This document shows positions 12,098 to 26,000 of a stretch of DNA of 64,000 nt, one piece after another. Position 1 is the stretch's first letter, and each line of letters begins with the position of its first letter. A program made the position numbers and the translations under genes. The DNA is from Thalia democratica (Eukaryota). The stretch spans positions 682,001 to 746,000 of the forward strand of contig OZ241834.1 of assembly GCA_965202585.1 (NCBI GenBank), written 5' to 3'. Under the pieces are notes generated by a model, which had not been told where the DNA came from, searched no databases, and was given only the letters and a program-made list of their open reading frames with translations.

Positions 12098-15000
12098 GTG
12101 TAGTGTTTTGTTGCGTATTCAGTTTTTTTAATACTTAATTATGGGGTAAATTTTATAATTGTTAAGTCATTTAGAAACGCTTTATTTACCAAAATAATTT
12201 CAAAAAGTGATAACTTTGATTTTCTTGTTGCAATTAGCTGAAAATTATTCGAAAATATCTTATAGAATCTCAGCTTTATGAAAGCCCAGTCGAACCATCT
12301 AAGAATGACTGCATTGCAAAGATAATTGTAGATATATGAAATTATTTTAACAAATGGTCTAGTGTTTTGTTGCGTTTTCAGTTTTTTTCATACTTGATTA
12401 ACGCGTAACTTTTCTAATTATTAGGTCGTTTATCAACACTTTAATTACTGTGAAAACTTCTAAAAGCAATAACTTTGATTTTAAAGTTACATTTAGCTGA
12501 TAATTATAGGAAATCATATCTGAGAGTATCAGCTTTATAAAAACCCAGTCGAACCAGCTAAGAATGACTGCATTGTAAAGATAATGGTAGATATATAATA
12601 TTATGTTAATAAATGGTGTAGTGTTTTGTTGCGTTTTCAGTTTTTTTTATACTTGATTATGGGGTAACTTTTATAATTGTTAGGTTGTTTATCAATACTA
12701 TAATTACTAAGATAACTTCTAAAACTGATACCTTTGTTTATTCTAGTTGCGTTTAGCTGAAAATTAATTAAAATTATCTCTAAGAGTATCAGCTTTACTA
12801 AAGCCCAGTTGAATTATCTAAGAATGACTGCATTCTAAAGATAACTGTAAAAATATAAAATTATTTAATAAATGGTGTAGTGTTTTGTTGCGTTTTCAGT
12901 TTATTCATACTTTATTATGGGGTAACTTTTATAATTGTTAGGTCGTTTCACAACACTTTAATTAATAAGAAATCTTCTAGAAAATATAACTTTTTTTTTA
13001 TAGTTGCATTTAGCTGAAAGTTATTAGAAATTATCTTTAAGAGTATTACCTTTTTCAAAGCTCAGTCGAACCATCTTAGAATGAACGCATTAAAAAGATA
13101 ATTGTAGAAATATGAAATTATTTTAATAAATGGTTTAGTGTTTTGTTGCGTTTTCAGTGTTTTTCATACTTGATTATGGAGTAACTTTTACAATTGTAGG
13201 TCGTTTATCAACACTTTAATTACTATGAAAACTTTTAAAAGTAATACCTTTGTTTTTCTTGGTGCATTTAGCTGACAATTGATAAAAAATATCTCAGAGA
13301 GTATCAGCTTTATCTAAGCCCACTCGAACCATCTAAGAATGACTGCATTGCAAACATAATTGTAGAAATTTAAAATTATTTTAATAAATGGTTTAGTATT
13401 TTGTTGCGTTTTCAGTTTTTTCATACTTGATTATGGGGTAACTTTTATAATAGTTAGGTCGTTTATCAACGCTTTATTTACCAAAATATTTTTTAAAAGT
13501 GATAACTTTGATTTTCTAGTCGCATTTAGCTAAAATTTTTAGAAAATATCTTATCTTATAGAATCTCAGCTTTATCGAAACCCAGTCGAACCAGCTAATA
13601 ATGACTGCATTGAAAAGATAATTGTAGAAATATGAAATTATTTTAATATATGGTTTAGTGTTTTGTTTCGTTTTCAGTGTTTTTCATACTTGATTATGGG
13701 GTAACTTTTACAATTGTAGGACGTTTATCAACACGTTAATTACTATGAAAACTTCTAAAAGTACTACGTTTGTTTTTTTAATTGCATTTAGCTGATAATT
13801 GATAGAAAATATCTCAGAGAGTATCAGCTTTATCTAAGCCAATTCGAACCATCTAAGAATGACTGCATTGCAAAGATAATTGTAGAAATATGAAATTATT
13901 TTAATAAATAGTGTAGTGTTTTTATGCGTTTTCAGTTTATTAATACTTGATTATGGGTAACTTTTATAAATGTTAGGTCGTTTCACAACACTTTAATTAC
14001 TAAGATAACTTCTAGAAGTGATAACTTTGTTTTTTAGTTGCATTTAGCTGACAATTATTAGAAAATATCGTATCTTATAGAATCTCAGCTATATCGAAGC
14101 CCATTCGATGCAGCTAATAATGACTGATTGCAAAGATAATTGTAGAAATATGAGATTATTTTAATAAATGCTTTAGTGTTTTGTTGCGTTTTCAGTGTTT
14201 TTCATACTTGATTATGGGGTAACTTTTACAATTGTTAAGTCGTTTATCAACACTTTGATTACTATAAAAACTTCATAAAGTCATACCTTTGTTTTTCTAG
14301 TTGCTTTTAGCTGACAATTATTAGAAAATATCTCAGAGAGTATCAGATTTATCAAAGCCCAGTCAAACCATCTAAGAATGACTGCATTGCAAAGATAATT
14401 GTAGATATATGAAATAATTTGATTAATGGTGTAGTGTTTTCTTGCGTATACAGTTTTTTTTCATACTTGATTATGGGGTCACTTTTCTAAATATTAGGTC
14501 GTTTTTCAACAATTTTTTACTAGGATAACCTCTAATACTGATAACTTTGATTTTATAGTTGCATTTAGCTTACAATTATTAGAAAATATATCTGAGAGTA
14601 TCAGCTTTAACAAAACCCAGTCGAACCAGCTATTAATGACTGCATTGCAAAGATAATGGTAGAAATTTAAAATTATTTTAATAAATGGTGTACTGTTTTG
14701 TTGCGTTTTCAATTTTTTTTATACTTGATTATGGGGTTACTTTTATAATTGTTAGGTCGTTTATCAACACTTAAATTACTAAGATATCTTCTAGAAGTGA
14801 TACCTTTGTTTTTCTAGTTGCATTTAGCTGAAAATTATTAGAAATTATCTCTAAGAGTATTAGCTTTATCTAAGCCCAGTCAAACAATCTAAGAATGACT
14901 GTATTGCAAACATAATTGTAGAAATATGAAATAACTTTAATAAATGGTGTAGTGTTTTGTTGCGTTTTCAGTTTATTCATTCTTGATTATGGGGTAGCTT

Positions 15001-17182
15001 TTATAATTGTTAGGTCGTTTATAAACGCTTTATTTACTAAGATATCTTCTAAAAGTGATAACTTCGAGTTTCTAGTTGTATTTAGCCGATAATTATTAGA
15101 AAACATCTCATAGAAACTCAGCTTTATTGAAGCTCAGTCGAACCAGCTAAGAATGACTGCATTGCAAGGATAATTGTAGAAATATAAAACTATTTTAATA
15201 AATGGTGTATTATTTTATTGCCTTTTCAGTTTTTTTCAAACTTGATAATGGGGTAACTTTTATAATAGTTAGGTTGTTTATCAACGCTTTAATTACTAAG
15301 ATAACTTCTAAAAGTGATACCTTTGTTTTTCTAGCTGCATTTGGTTGAAAATTGTTAGAAAATATATCTGAGATTATCAGCTTAGGAAAGCCCAGTCGAA
15401 CTAACTAAGAATCACTGCATTGCAAAGATAATTGTAGAAATATAAAATTATTTTAATAAATGTTGTAGTTTTTTCTTTGCGTTTTCAGTTTATTCATACT
15501 TGATTATGGGGTAGCTATTTTAATTGTTAAGTCGTTTATAAACGCTTTATTTACCAAAATAATTTCTTAAAGTGATAACTTTGATTTTCTAGTTGCATTT
15601 AGCTAAAAATTAATAGAAAATATCTTATCTTATAGAATCTCAGCTTTATTGAAGCCCAGTCGAACCAGCTAAGAATGACTTCATTGCAAAGATAATTGTA
15701 GAAATATGAAATTTTTGTAATAAATAGTGCAGTTTTTTTTCTGTGTTTTCAGTTTTTTTCATACTTGATTATGGGGTAACTTTTGTAATTGTTAGGTCGT
15801 TTATCAACACTTTAATTACTAAGATATCTTCTAGAAGTGATACCTTTGTGTTTCTAGTTGCATTTAGCCGAAAATTAATTGAAATTATCTCAAAAAGTGT
15901 AAGCTGTATTAAAGCCCAGTCGAACCATCTAAGAATGACTGAATTGAAAAGATAATTGTAGAAGTATGAAATTATTTTAATAAATGGTGTAGTGTTTTGT
16001 TGCGTATTCAGTTTATTTCATACTTCATTATGGGGAAACTTTTATTATTGTTAGGTCGTTTATAAACGCTTTATTTAACAAAATAATTTCTAAAAGTGAT
16101 ACCTTTGATTTTCTTGTTGCAATTAGCTGAAAATTATTAGAAAATATCTTATACAATCTCAGCTTTTTCAAAGGTCAGTCGAACCATCTATGAATGACTG
16201 CATTGCAAAGATAATTGTAGATATATGAAATTAATTCGATAGATTGTGTAGTGTTTTGTTGCGTTTACAGTTTTTATCAAACTTGATTATGGGGTAACTT
16301 TAATAATTGTTAGGTCGTTTATCAACATTTTTGTTACTAAGATAACTTCTAAAAGTGATAACTTTTATTTTATAGTTGCATTTAGCTGATAATTATTAGA
16401 AAATATATCTGAGAGTATCAGCTTTATAAAAACTCATTCGAACCAGCTAAGAATGACTGCATTGCAAAGATAATGGTAGAAATATGAAATTATTTTAATA
16501 AATGGTGTAGTGTTTTGTTGCGTTTTCAGTGTTTTTCATACTGATTATGGGGTAATTTTTACAATCGTTAAGTCGTTTATCAACACTTTATATACCAAGA
16601 TAACTTTTAAAAGTGATACCTTTGTTTTTCTAGTTGCATTTAGCTGAAAGTTAATTGAAATTATATCTAAGAGTATCAGCTTTATCAAAGCCCAGTCAAA
16701 CCATCTAAGAATGACTCCATTGCAAAGATAATTGTAGAAATATAAAATTATTTTAATAAATGGTGTAGTGTTTTGTTGCGTTTTCATTTTATTCATACTT
16801 GATTATGGTGTATCTTTTATAATTGTTAGGTCGTTTATCAACACTTTAATTACTAAGATAACTTCTCAAATTGATACCTTTGATTTTAAAGTTGCATTTA
16901 GCTCATAATTTTTAGAAAATATATCTTAGAGTATCAGTTTTATCAAAACCCAGTCGAACCAGCTAAGAATGACTGCATTGCCAAGATAATGGTAGAAATA
17001 TGAAATTATTTTAATAAATGGTGTAGTGTTTTGTTGCGTTTTCAGTGTTTTTCATACTTATTTATGGGGTAAATTTTATTATTGTTAGGTCGTTTCACAA
17101 CCCAGAAGTAATAACTTTGTTTTTCTAGTTGCATTTAGCTGAAAATTATTAGAATTTATCTTTAAGAGTAAAATGGTGTAGT
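12098..17182. repeat. Satellite array 2, right part (~260-bp units)
   Basis: Same monomer as 3495-7561. It resumes in register at the TSD GTGTAGTG and ends with a truncated unit near 17100-17182. Confidence 0.95.
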
Positions 17183-19225
17183 ATAAAGAAGAGTTATGAT
17201 GTGGTTAAATTATGCATTATAATGGTTGAAATAGTTTTTAATTATTAAAAAAAAATAAGTAGTGTAGCAGTTTATGAAATTTACAAAAGTTAATAATATT
17301 ATTTTAAAAACAGTTATTTATGTTAAATATTATTTAAAAATATGTTGTTTTATTTATATTTCTAAGTTAGGACATAAAAATATTCTATTTTAGGAGTGTA
17401 AGCTAGATTGAAGATAAATTAGTTTTATAATGCAAATTTTTTTGCGGGTTGATAATCAACCATCTTTTTATAAAGAAGAATTATGAAGTCTGTAGGTAGA
17501 ATAATCTAAAGATGAGACAATTTATATAATTATAATATTTATTTGAAAATAATTTGTCAAGCAGCTCATGCAACAAGCTTGACTTAATGAATAATTATAT
17601 TTAAAATATAGTTAAATGATATTATTTAAATAATCTTGTACCTAAAATTATCCTGAAATTATTCTTTACAATTTCCTCTGTAAATATTACAACTGTACTA
17701 CAGCTAAATTAAAATAAAATGTCCTTCAAAGCGTTATGTAAATTTTGTACTTTACATAAATATTTAGTTAGCAGACTAAAATTGCTATCTAAACTTTGTT
17801 TTTAAAGACTTAGTATTTCTATAAATTTTCAAGAAAAAAATTTACAAACCGCTAAACTGAAACATACTAGCTTAACCGTAGTATAGTAATAGCAAATTAT
17901 AGGTCAGCGGGGCGAAAGTATCAAAAAAAAAAAAAACTTGCCAACATTTGATACCAATGCATATATTTTCTCCATGTACCTAGAGTTTTAAAAGTATTAC
18001 AAATTGTTTGTTACCACCTAAATAGTTTGTCTAAATGTTCTGAAGTGGTAAATTAAATTAAACCTTTTTTTAATTATTCCCTTAACTTCATGGATTACTT
18101 AAACAAAGATCTTCAAAAATACTTTTTAGTCCCATGGTCATGTGTACAGCTCCAAGTTTTCTTTAAACTAAGTAAGTGGTTTATTGAACAAAATCAAAAA
18201 ATCGCTCAAAAATTTGTGGTTCAAGGACCTAGATACGCAAAACGAGGATACTCGGTCATCGAGTTGCAGAATTGTAGCGGACACGAAATATTTTTTGCAG
18301 ACTTTATGTAGGCAGGATAATATGGAAACAGGACAATTTTTTATATATAAATAATTATTGAAAATAGTTTATCAAGCGACTTTTTTAATAAGCGGGTTGT
18401 CTAAAATATAATTAAAAGCATATTTAAGAATAAACTATTCAAAATATAAATTAAAGCGTTGACTAATACAGATCATTGCGATACAAGTTCACTGGAGTAT
18501 ATAATAATAATAAACTTAGACTGTATTCTTTATGTAGAAAGAAAGAATAGTGGTATATTAGTTGTTATTATTTAGGAGGACTTTTCAACATTCGTTTAAG
18601 TAATACTTTTTTACTCTATTAGCATCAACTTCTTACCAGACTTCAATCATTTAAAATCCAATTAAGTGAAAACAAACAAAGACTTTGACATCAACCTACT
18701 TATTAATTTTTGATATCAACCTTCAAAATATTTAGTTGTTTACAAAAAATATATAATGCTTTAGTCCGGTTATAATATAATTATTTGTCATCATTAATAA
18801 TGTCTTCATTTAAGTTTAATGGTTGCAATTCTATGAAGTATGTTGAATTAAGATCTTTTTATCATTTATTGCATTGCCAAGGCATAATCGATACAATTAC
18901 AACCGTACAATATCAAGACTATTTCAATAAAACATTAAAAGTTTAAATGCATTGACTAGCAATGAAATTATAAGCCCCAAGCACATTAAGAATAGACAGG
19001 CCTAGTAAATTTTAACGAACACATTGTAAAGGATTTTATTAAGCGAATATTTTATAAAGGAAAAGCGCTGCTAATAAAATCGAACTATGGATTAAATCAA
19101 GTCTTACAAGTTTAATCAATTGTTGATAAAAAAACAGCAAACTTAAATTTTTAACTTTAATCGAAAATTTTTAACGTTTTTTGCAAGACACTAAATTATT
19201 TTAAAGTTTGTTCCAAGTTTTAACT

Positions 19226-22200
19226 CAGCGGTCGGCAGGCAGTTGGTGGTCGCGGGCCAAATTTCAAGTTTCCAAAGTCTTTGCGGGCCGCAGTTTTAGA
19301 TTTGGTGACATTTGAATAATCTTATGGTTTTAGTTTTAGTCACACTAGAGAAAAGTTTTACTTTTATTCACCTTATTATTTAAAATGTCTTTTAGCTGTA
19401 CATGTAATACCTACTCAAATTAATATTCACTAGATTATGATTTACATTGACTAATATACTTTAATAAATATGTACTAATATTGTTAACAAAATATGTACT
19501 TTCATAAGCACTAAATAAGGTAAACCTAATACTTTTTTAATTTTACTTACAACCTAACTCTCTATAAAAACCTAACTTAAAAGACAATTTATGGGTTACT
19601 TTTATACATTTGTTATGTCATCAACTCTTTTTCATATTTCTAGGAATATTTGTTTCTAAAAAAGTTTTTGCGAGTTAAGTAATTTACACTTATTAAGAAA
19701 TTTAGTAATTAGTTAACATAATAAAATTAATACCTGTTTGTGTTCCAGAACGCTAAAACAAATGATTTAACACAATTAATTCTCAAACACTTTAATAAAA
19801 TATTTCATTAGTTATTACACTTTTACATTGTTGCCACTTAAAAAGCAAAAATGTCTGAGATGTATCAAACCAGCTTAAATTTATTAAAATTTGAATAAGG
19901 TAATAAATAGTTGTTGATCAAGCTTAAATACTTAGTTAAAATATCATCATTATCAAAATATACACAAAGTGTAAGAAAACAAGAAAAAAATGCAATTAGT
20001 AAACTACACAACAGTCATAAAAACTATTCTGAGAATTGGAAGATTTTTTTGAAGTGTTTGAAATAAAAGCTTCACACACACCTGAGTTTTCAAGCTTTTA
20101 AAATAGCCTGTTTGTGTAGCAACCCAGTTAGTATAAAGTTCACTACATAAAGAAATAATAACAAAGGTTATTAACAGTAAATAAGTTATATGCCAAAAAA
20201 ATATAAGTCAGCTGGAATGGACAATTAAGTTTTTTAAACAAGTTTAACAAAAGTGTAAAATTTTATTGAGTCATTAGCAAAGTAGAAATTTTCTTTTTAT
20301 TATGCATGATAGCAAATCTTTATTTGCAATTAGATTATTATTGCATTTAAAAATATTAATTGTAAAATATAAGACGCGCTACATGAATAAAAAAAGCGTT
20401 AGTTAGGAGTCATTGCAAGAAACAATAAAAAAATTACCAAAGTCATTTCCGACAAAGCACATCATTATCTTCAGTAACTACAGAATAATCAGAAAAAATT
20501 GTTAAGGCAAGTAATAAAGTATCAAAATTTATTACCTAAAATGAGATATCGTTTATAATTGAAAACTTTTATAAAGAATTGATGTTCGCGGTAATGAAAA
20601 ACTTTGTTTATTTCTTCGATGACAACATGAAGTCGTGTTTTAGAAAAGGTTATAAAGTCTCATAAATCAAATTAGGACTTTAATCAAACTGTTAAGATGA
20701 GAGAAAAACTATGATAGAAAAACTATTGCTCTTCTGAGAATTTTTATTAGAGATGTTTTTACTAACTTTGACATTTTAGTAGAATTTCTTGGTTTAGTTC
20801 CAACGCGAATCACAACAATCGGTGAAATTTTTCAAGTAAAAGTGCAATGTACCAATACGGAGTTTTTGGAAGTCCAATTCCTTCTTTTATTTTTAGTATT
20901 AAGTTTAATTAAAGTTTTGAAAAATGTCTTAAAACATTTATCAATATTAAAAAATACTGTTAAGCTACTATAATATATTTTTTAATAAAAAAACATTTAT
21001 TTGGTAATTTTTTTGAGTCAAATCGAAATTTCATTACTTTAAATGTAAAAATTGTTTTAAATTCTAGGTATTTTCAAAAATTCTCAAATTCAAGTTTTTT
21101 TCTAGAATTTTAAACCGTAATTTAAAAAATCAAAACTTTTCCGGGATTCAACTTGTTTGGCAAAACTGATTGTTCATTCTTTAATGTACACAATAATATA
21201 AATGATGTTTTGAACTATATCAGCTGCAAGACTTAAAATTTAACATATATTAAATCTCAAACTAACACTGTGGATTAAGCAAAACATACATCATAAGTTT
21301 AATTTGCCACTCTTTCAAGCAAAAATGCCAGCCTGAGTCAACAAAAACATTCCTGATATTTTTGTATACAAAAAGCAATTCTAGCCAAAAACTTAAAAAA
21401 TGGCTTAGTTGGCCTGAGATTTGAAGTGTTCAAACAGTGATAGTCTGAGTGTGTGGCAATGTTTAATTGTTTGTTTGCTTGAATTTGAACTATTTTGATT
21501 AACAATGTACAAACATTATAAATTTACCATCCCTATATCTAGTTTATATTAAATAGTATATATATCCAAAAAACAGCAATTGTGTGTATTGATATGCAAG
21601 GCATAAAAATTAACTTAGCTTGAAAAAAACAATGTTTGAAAAATGGAATGCATACCTAACAAAAACTATATTAACTTATGTAATATATATTGTTTTAAAT
21701 GTGTCTGTACAAATTTAGATATGACACGTAAAATAAAAATGTTAGAAAAGTATGCATAAACCAAACTTAAACTGACTAAAGTATTAAATAAAAAGTGGTT
21801 TAAAATATAAGCATTTTTTTAAGTTGGTGTGCATAGAAAACTTATAAGAAATTAAAATGTGTCAAAACAAAAATCAAATGAACCTTATTTCTTGTTACTA
21901 TGTTATTTTAAATGTTTTCACACTAAAATATAACACTTACAAATTAAAAATTTATAAAAGAAACTGAGGTATAAAAAATATTAAAAAAGAATATCTAAGC
22001 TAAAAAGAAATGACACTTTAATTAATTACTGTGCATTACTTTTGAACAAAATGGAAAATATTTGCATTTAGTTTATTTAATAAATAGGTATAATATAACT
22101 AATTTATTAAATTCAAGCACTCTTGACACTCTTTTTTCCAAAAATTACTTACTGTTGTAAAAAAGAAGTAATTATGTATCTGAGAAACATATCCTGTTAG

Positions 22201-22489
22201 AACGCTAATCTGTCTATTTCACTTTTTTAAACTAAAGCAGTAATTTCTTGAAATTATTTTGAAATGTCATAGAGAGATTTAAAATCAAACTAATCAAATT
22301 AAGTCGAATTACCGAAAGAATTGAAATAGAAATATAATTTTGCTCAGCGGGCCACATTTACATGCTCGCGGGCCACAAGATTTTCTTTCGAGGGCCGCAT
22401 TCCATTCAAAAAAATGACACGCTCGCGGGCCGCAGATTTACCCTTCGCGGGCCGCAATTGGCCCGCGGGCCGCAGTTTGCCGACCCCTG
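19226..22489 (+). mobile_element. hAT transposon (Charlie/SPIN-like), 3.26 kb, decayed; present in the left arm only
   Basis: TIR CAGCGGTCGGCA / TGCCGACCCCTG. 8-bp TSD TTTTAACT (19218-19225, 22490-22497). Subterminal GCGGGCC repeats. The right arm near 38765 shows the empty site. Confidence 0.93.
20492..20839 (+). pseudogene. Degenerate hAT transposase fragments (GTF2IRD2/SPIN-like)
   Basis: Translations EKIVKASNKVSKFIT*NEISFIIENFYKELMFAVMKNF and FIRDVFTNFDILVEFLGLVPTRITTIGEIFQV. These resemble the ASY.VS..IAK and FIRGV...EELL.LVP...TTTGEDIF motifs of this family. Confidence 0.7.
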
Positions 22490-22727
22490 TTTTAACTGAA
22501 CGATAAATCAAAGAATTATGCCAAACATCATTATTGAAATGATATATAAACATAATGTTCTTGTTTTTACACTTAAGAATATAAATTATTTTATAAGATT
22601 CAGAAATGGATGGTAAATTAGTTGTAGTTTAACCTTAACCTAGTTTAAAAAAAGTAATGAGGTTAAGTTTTCTATGTTATTAAAATTTAAATTATGTGTT
22701 TGTAGTCTATTAAGGTAAAGCGTATAA

Positions 22728-23058
22728 CAGAGGTCGGTAAACTGCGGACTTCAAAGTCAAAATCTGCCGCTCCTAGTTAGCATGAAACATACATTTTTAA
22801 AACATAAGAAATTAAATATTTTGTAATAAAAACTTACAGTTAGGCTCTTATTTCAATAAATACTCTTTATTAGTCCTCTAATATTGCTTAAATTATTATA
22901 TTTTTGATCTTAAATTATGTATTTTTCTGATTACTAGAACCTTTTTTTAATAAATGATAAATGCGGCCCTCAAAGGTCTTTTTCCAAGTAATGCGGCCCG
23001 TGAGATATTCTTTTTTAAGAAAGTTGGCCGGCGAGTTACATAAGGCTGCCGACCCCTG
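22728..23058. mobile_element. hAT MITE (331 bp), left-arm copy
   Basis: TIR CAGAGGTCGGTA / TGCCGACCCCTG. 8-bp TSD GCGTATAA (22720-22727, 23059-23066). Confidence 0.9.
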
Positions 23059-26000
23059 GCGTATAAGAAACATTGCAGCGGTTGAAGATTATTCTGGTAC
23101 ATAAATTTTAAAAATTTCTATATGATTGATATCTTTTAAAGTATGGAGACCAGATTGGTGTGTTGTATTCCAACTTAGGACGAGTTTATAAGAAGTACAA
23201 CTCTTTTAAGATGTTATATCCGTGTATTTAAAACTTTAATACATATAGCCGATATTAATCGGCAAAGCTTATTAGTATGGTGGTTCTATTTTAAATTTTC
23301 AGCAAAAAAATTCAAAAATCTTTAAACACTTATTTTAAAGATAAGTTTTTTTTTCAAGTCAAAAGTAGAGATAAAGGTATTTTTTGAAAACATGACATCT
23401 ACTACGCCACTAGAAGTTTAAGCTAAATTTTCTTCTTTTAGCCAAAGGTAAACTTTATCTAAGAATTTTTTAAGGCTATATTAGTATCGTTAAAACTTTT
23501 TTGTGTCGTTAGTAGAGATTAGTATAGCTGCTTACATCGACTTCAGAAGCTACATCAATCATACAATTAACATACCTTTCTTGAGGCACTCCATTTGACC
23601 GGTAAAGGTTTAAATTGTGTTATTAATTACTACTTCTTGGGTTATAATATGAAGAAACCCTTTAAACTAACTAGACTAATACAAATTTTGCACTGAAAAA
23701 ATGTTTTTGTTAATTTGAAATGAATACAGAGTCGAAATCTTTTGGATTTCTGTATAAATTACTTCAGTACACTTATTAGAGAGAAAACCAAATTGTTTAG
23801 GTAAAATAAGGTTTAAAAAATTACCACGTGACTTAAAAAACTTACATGTTCAAAGATAATGCAAAAACTACTCATCAAAAAGATTGGTTCGAAATTTCAA
23901 AGGTTGTATTTGCTACCTTTTTGTTACCTTAGTGATCTTACTTCAGTGATATTTGCCATTGTTTTGGCGCAAAGTATATAACCAATAAACAATTTAAAAT
24001 TACTTGAAAGAATAAATTGTGCGCTTAATAAATATGAAAGAATATTTTATGAAGAAATATTTTCGGTGTCCTTATAATTTCATCTTTCAAAAAGTTAAAA
24101 GAATTAATTTTTTCATCATTGCTTTTAAATAAACTTTGCATTTATAGACAGTTTTTCTAAAAATATTTCAAATTTTCGTCTTTATCATCTTCATCAAATA
24201 CTTTTTGAGAGGATTTGTTAATAAAAGAGTTTTTATCAAATTCAGATACTATTGGAAAATTGTTTCTATCAAACAATAAATTAAAAGATATATAATAGAT
24301 AAAATGCTTACTTACCTTATAATCCTAAGATAGTTTATGCTCTCAACTTTTTATTTAGTATTACAGTAAGATTTAGTTGTTTAATATTAAAAAATTCATG
24401 TCATGTTTTTCACAGAATGAATGTTTTAAATTAATGCAAAATAAAGTTGTAACAGTTTTCCTGTTTTGTTTCCATAAATATCTAAACTGTTTTTTAGTGC
24501 AAATATTACACCTATAAATTAAGGAAACTTTAAGGCAAGATTAAACATTTAAACTGATATAATTTAATTATCAATCGTTGATTTAGCTTAAAGCGTTATA
24601 GCATTTAGACTTTTTTCTCTAACTTGTAACCTATTTATATATAAACGAACAGTTTAAACTTAAACAGTTTTAAATTCATAAAAATAACGTTTAAAATAGA
24701 TTTGAAAAAGTTTACTTAAATGTCTTACTTTACTAAATCTGTAAACTTTATTAAAAAACACCGACGAAAGTCGAACAGAGCTGAAGGACTTTCGTGTGCC
24801 GTGAGACAACATCAAGTTTTACAAAAGGGTTGATCATGCCAATAAGATCGTCTAGATTTCGGTAGAATGAGACCCCGATTTTGTTTTTATTTAAAGTTCT
24901 AACTACCGAAAGCTTGTGGTTTGAACGTCCAAATGTTATGACCAAAATTTTATATTAAAAATTTTAATATGAAGTTACCCGAAAAAAAATATTTAGTAGC
25001 ACTTTAATTATATGTTGTAAAGAAGTTATAAAAGTGATGTATCTTAATTTTTCTTAATCTAGATTTTATTTAAAAAAATACCAGCTTAAATTATGCACTT
25101 AAAAAAAAATATTTTGAAAAGCTACTATATCATTTAGATAATTTGCTTGACAGTTTTAGAAATGTTTATCCAAGATACAATTTAATATTTAAAAGTTTTA
25201 GTTAAAGATCATTTATAATTCATGTAAAGTAATTACAGATTATTTTTTACTTTATTAATACATTGCATTTTTTTTTCCTATAACCAAGTTTTTTTGAAGT
25301 TAATCTTGTAAAAGTATATTGATCAAGTTAATACTTAAAAAAAGTATTTTGAGGTATTAGACCAGTTTTAAGAATAAAGTCTTTCTCATTTTAAAAGTGT
25401 CAAAATAATGATGTTGGTCATTAGGACGTTTATAATGACCAGTTGAACTTGTGCTGGAAATTCTTCTCAATATGTTTATATTACGTACTTTCCCGTATAA
25501 AAGCTATCATGAGTCGTTTTTTTCAGGCTCACTAGTTTCAATACAAATAAACTAAAATCAATATAATGATAGTTTAATTCAATTGTAAGTTAAAGTTGCT
25601 GCTATCTAGTATTTTATTGTTTAAATCAATTAGTTGAACGTTTCAATAAATTTTCCTTTATTTTATGTACTTCATAAAGTAATAATTATTTTAGCAAAAA
25701 CAATGAAACTACTTCTTGGTTATGAGTTATACAATATCAAACAAACTAAAATGTGCCTAGTACTTTTAAAATTAATTATTTAGTAAACTTATACAGGCAT
25801 GAACTTTTAATTGCAATAAAGCTGTTTAGGAACTTTTTTCCCTGACGAGTTAACGTTGAATCCAAAAGTATTTCATACTTTGTTTGACAATCTCGAACTT
25901 TTCTGATGGTTATTAAGTTTTTTTTTCGTACAGTATCTACTATTTATAAATTTACTTCTTAGAACACTAGTTTAAATATCTCTTAATATAGAGATTTATT

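Noticed and set aside
4074-16796. Hydrophobic 60-83-aa ORFs in satellite 2 as membrane proteins
   Set aside because: They are fragments of diverged AT-rich monomers with variable stops and frameshifts.
17900-18335. GC-richer patch that may be a transposon fragment (includes ORF 18090-18311)
   Set aside because: No TIR pair, TSD or protein motif recognised.
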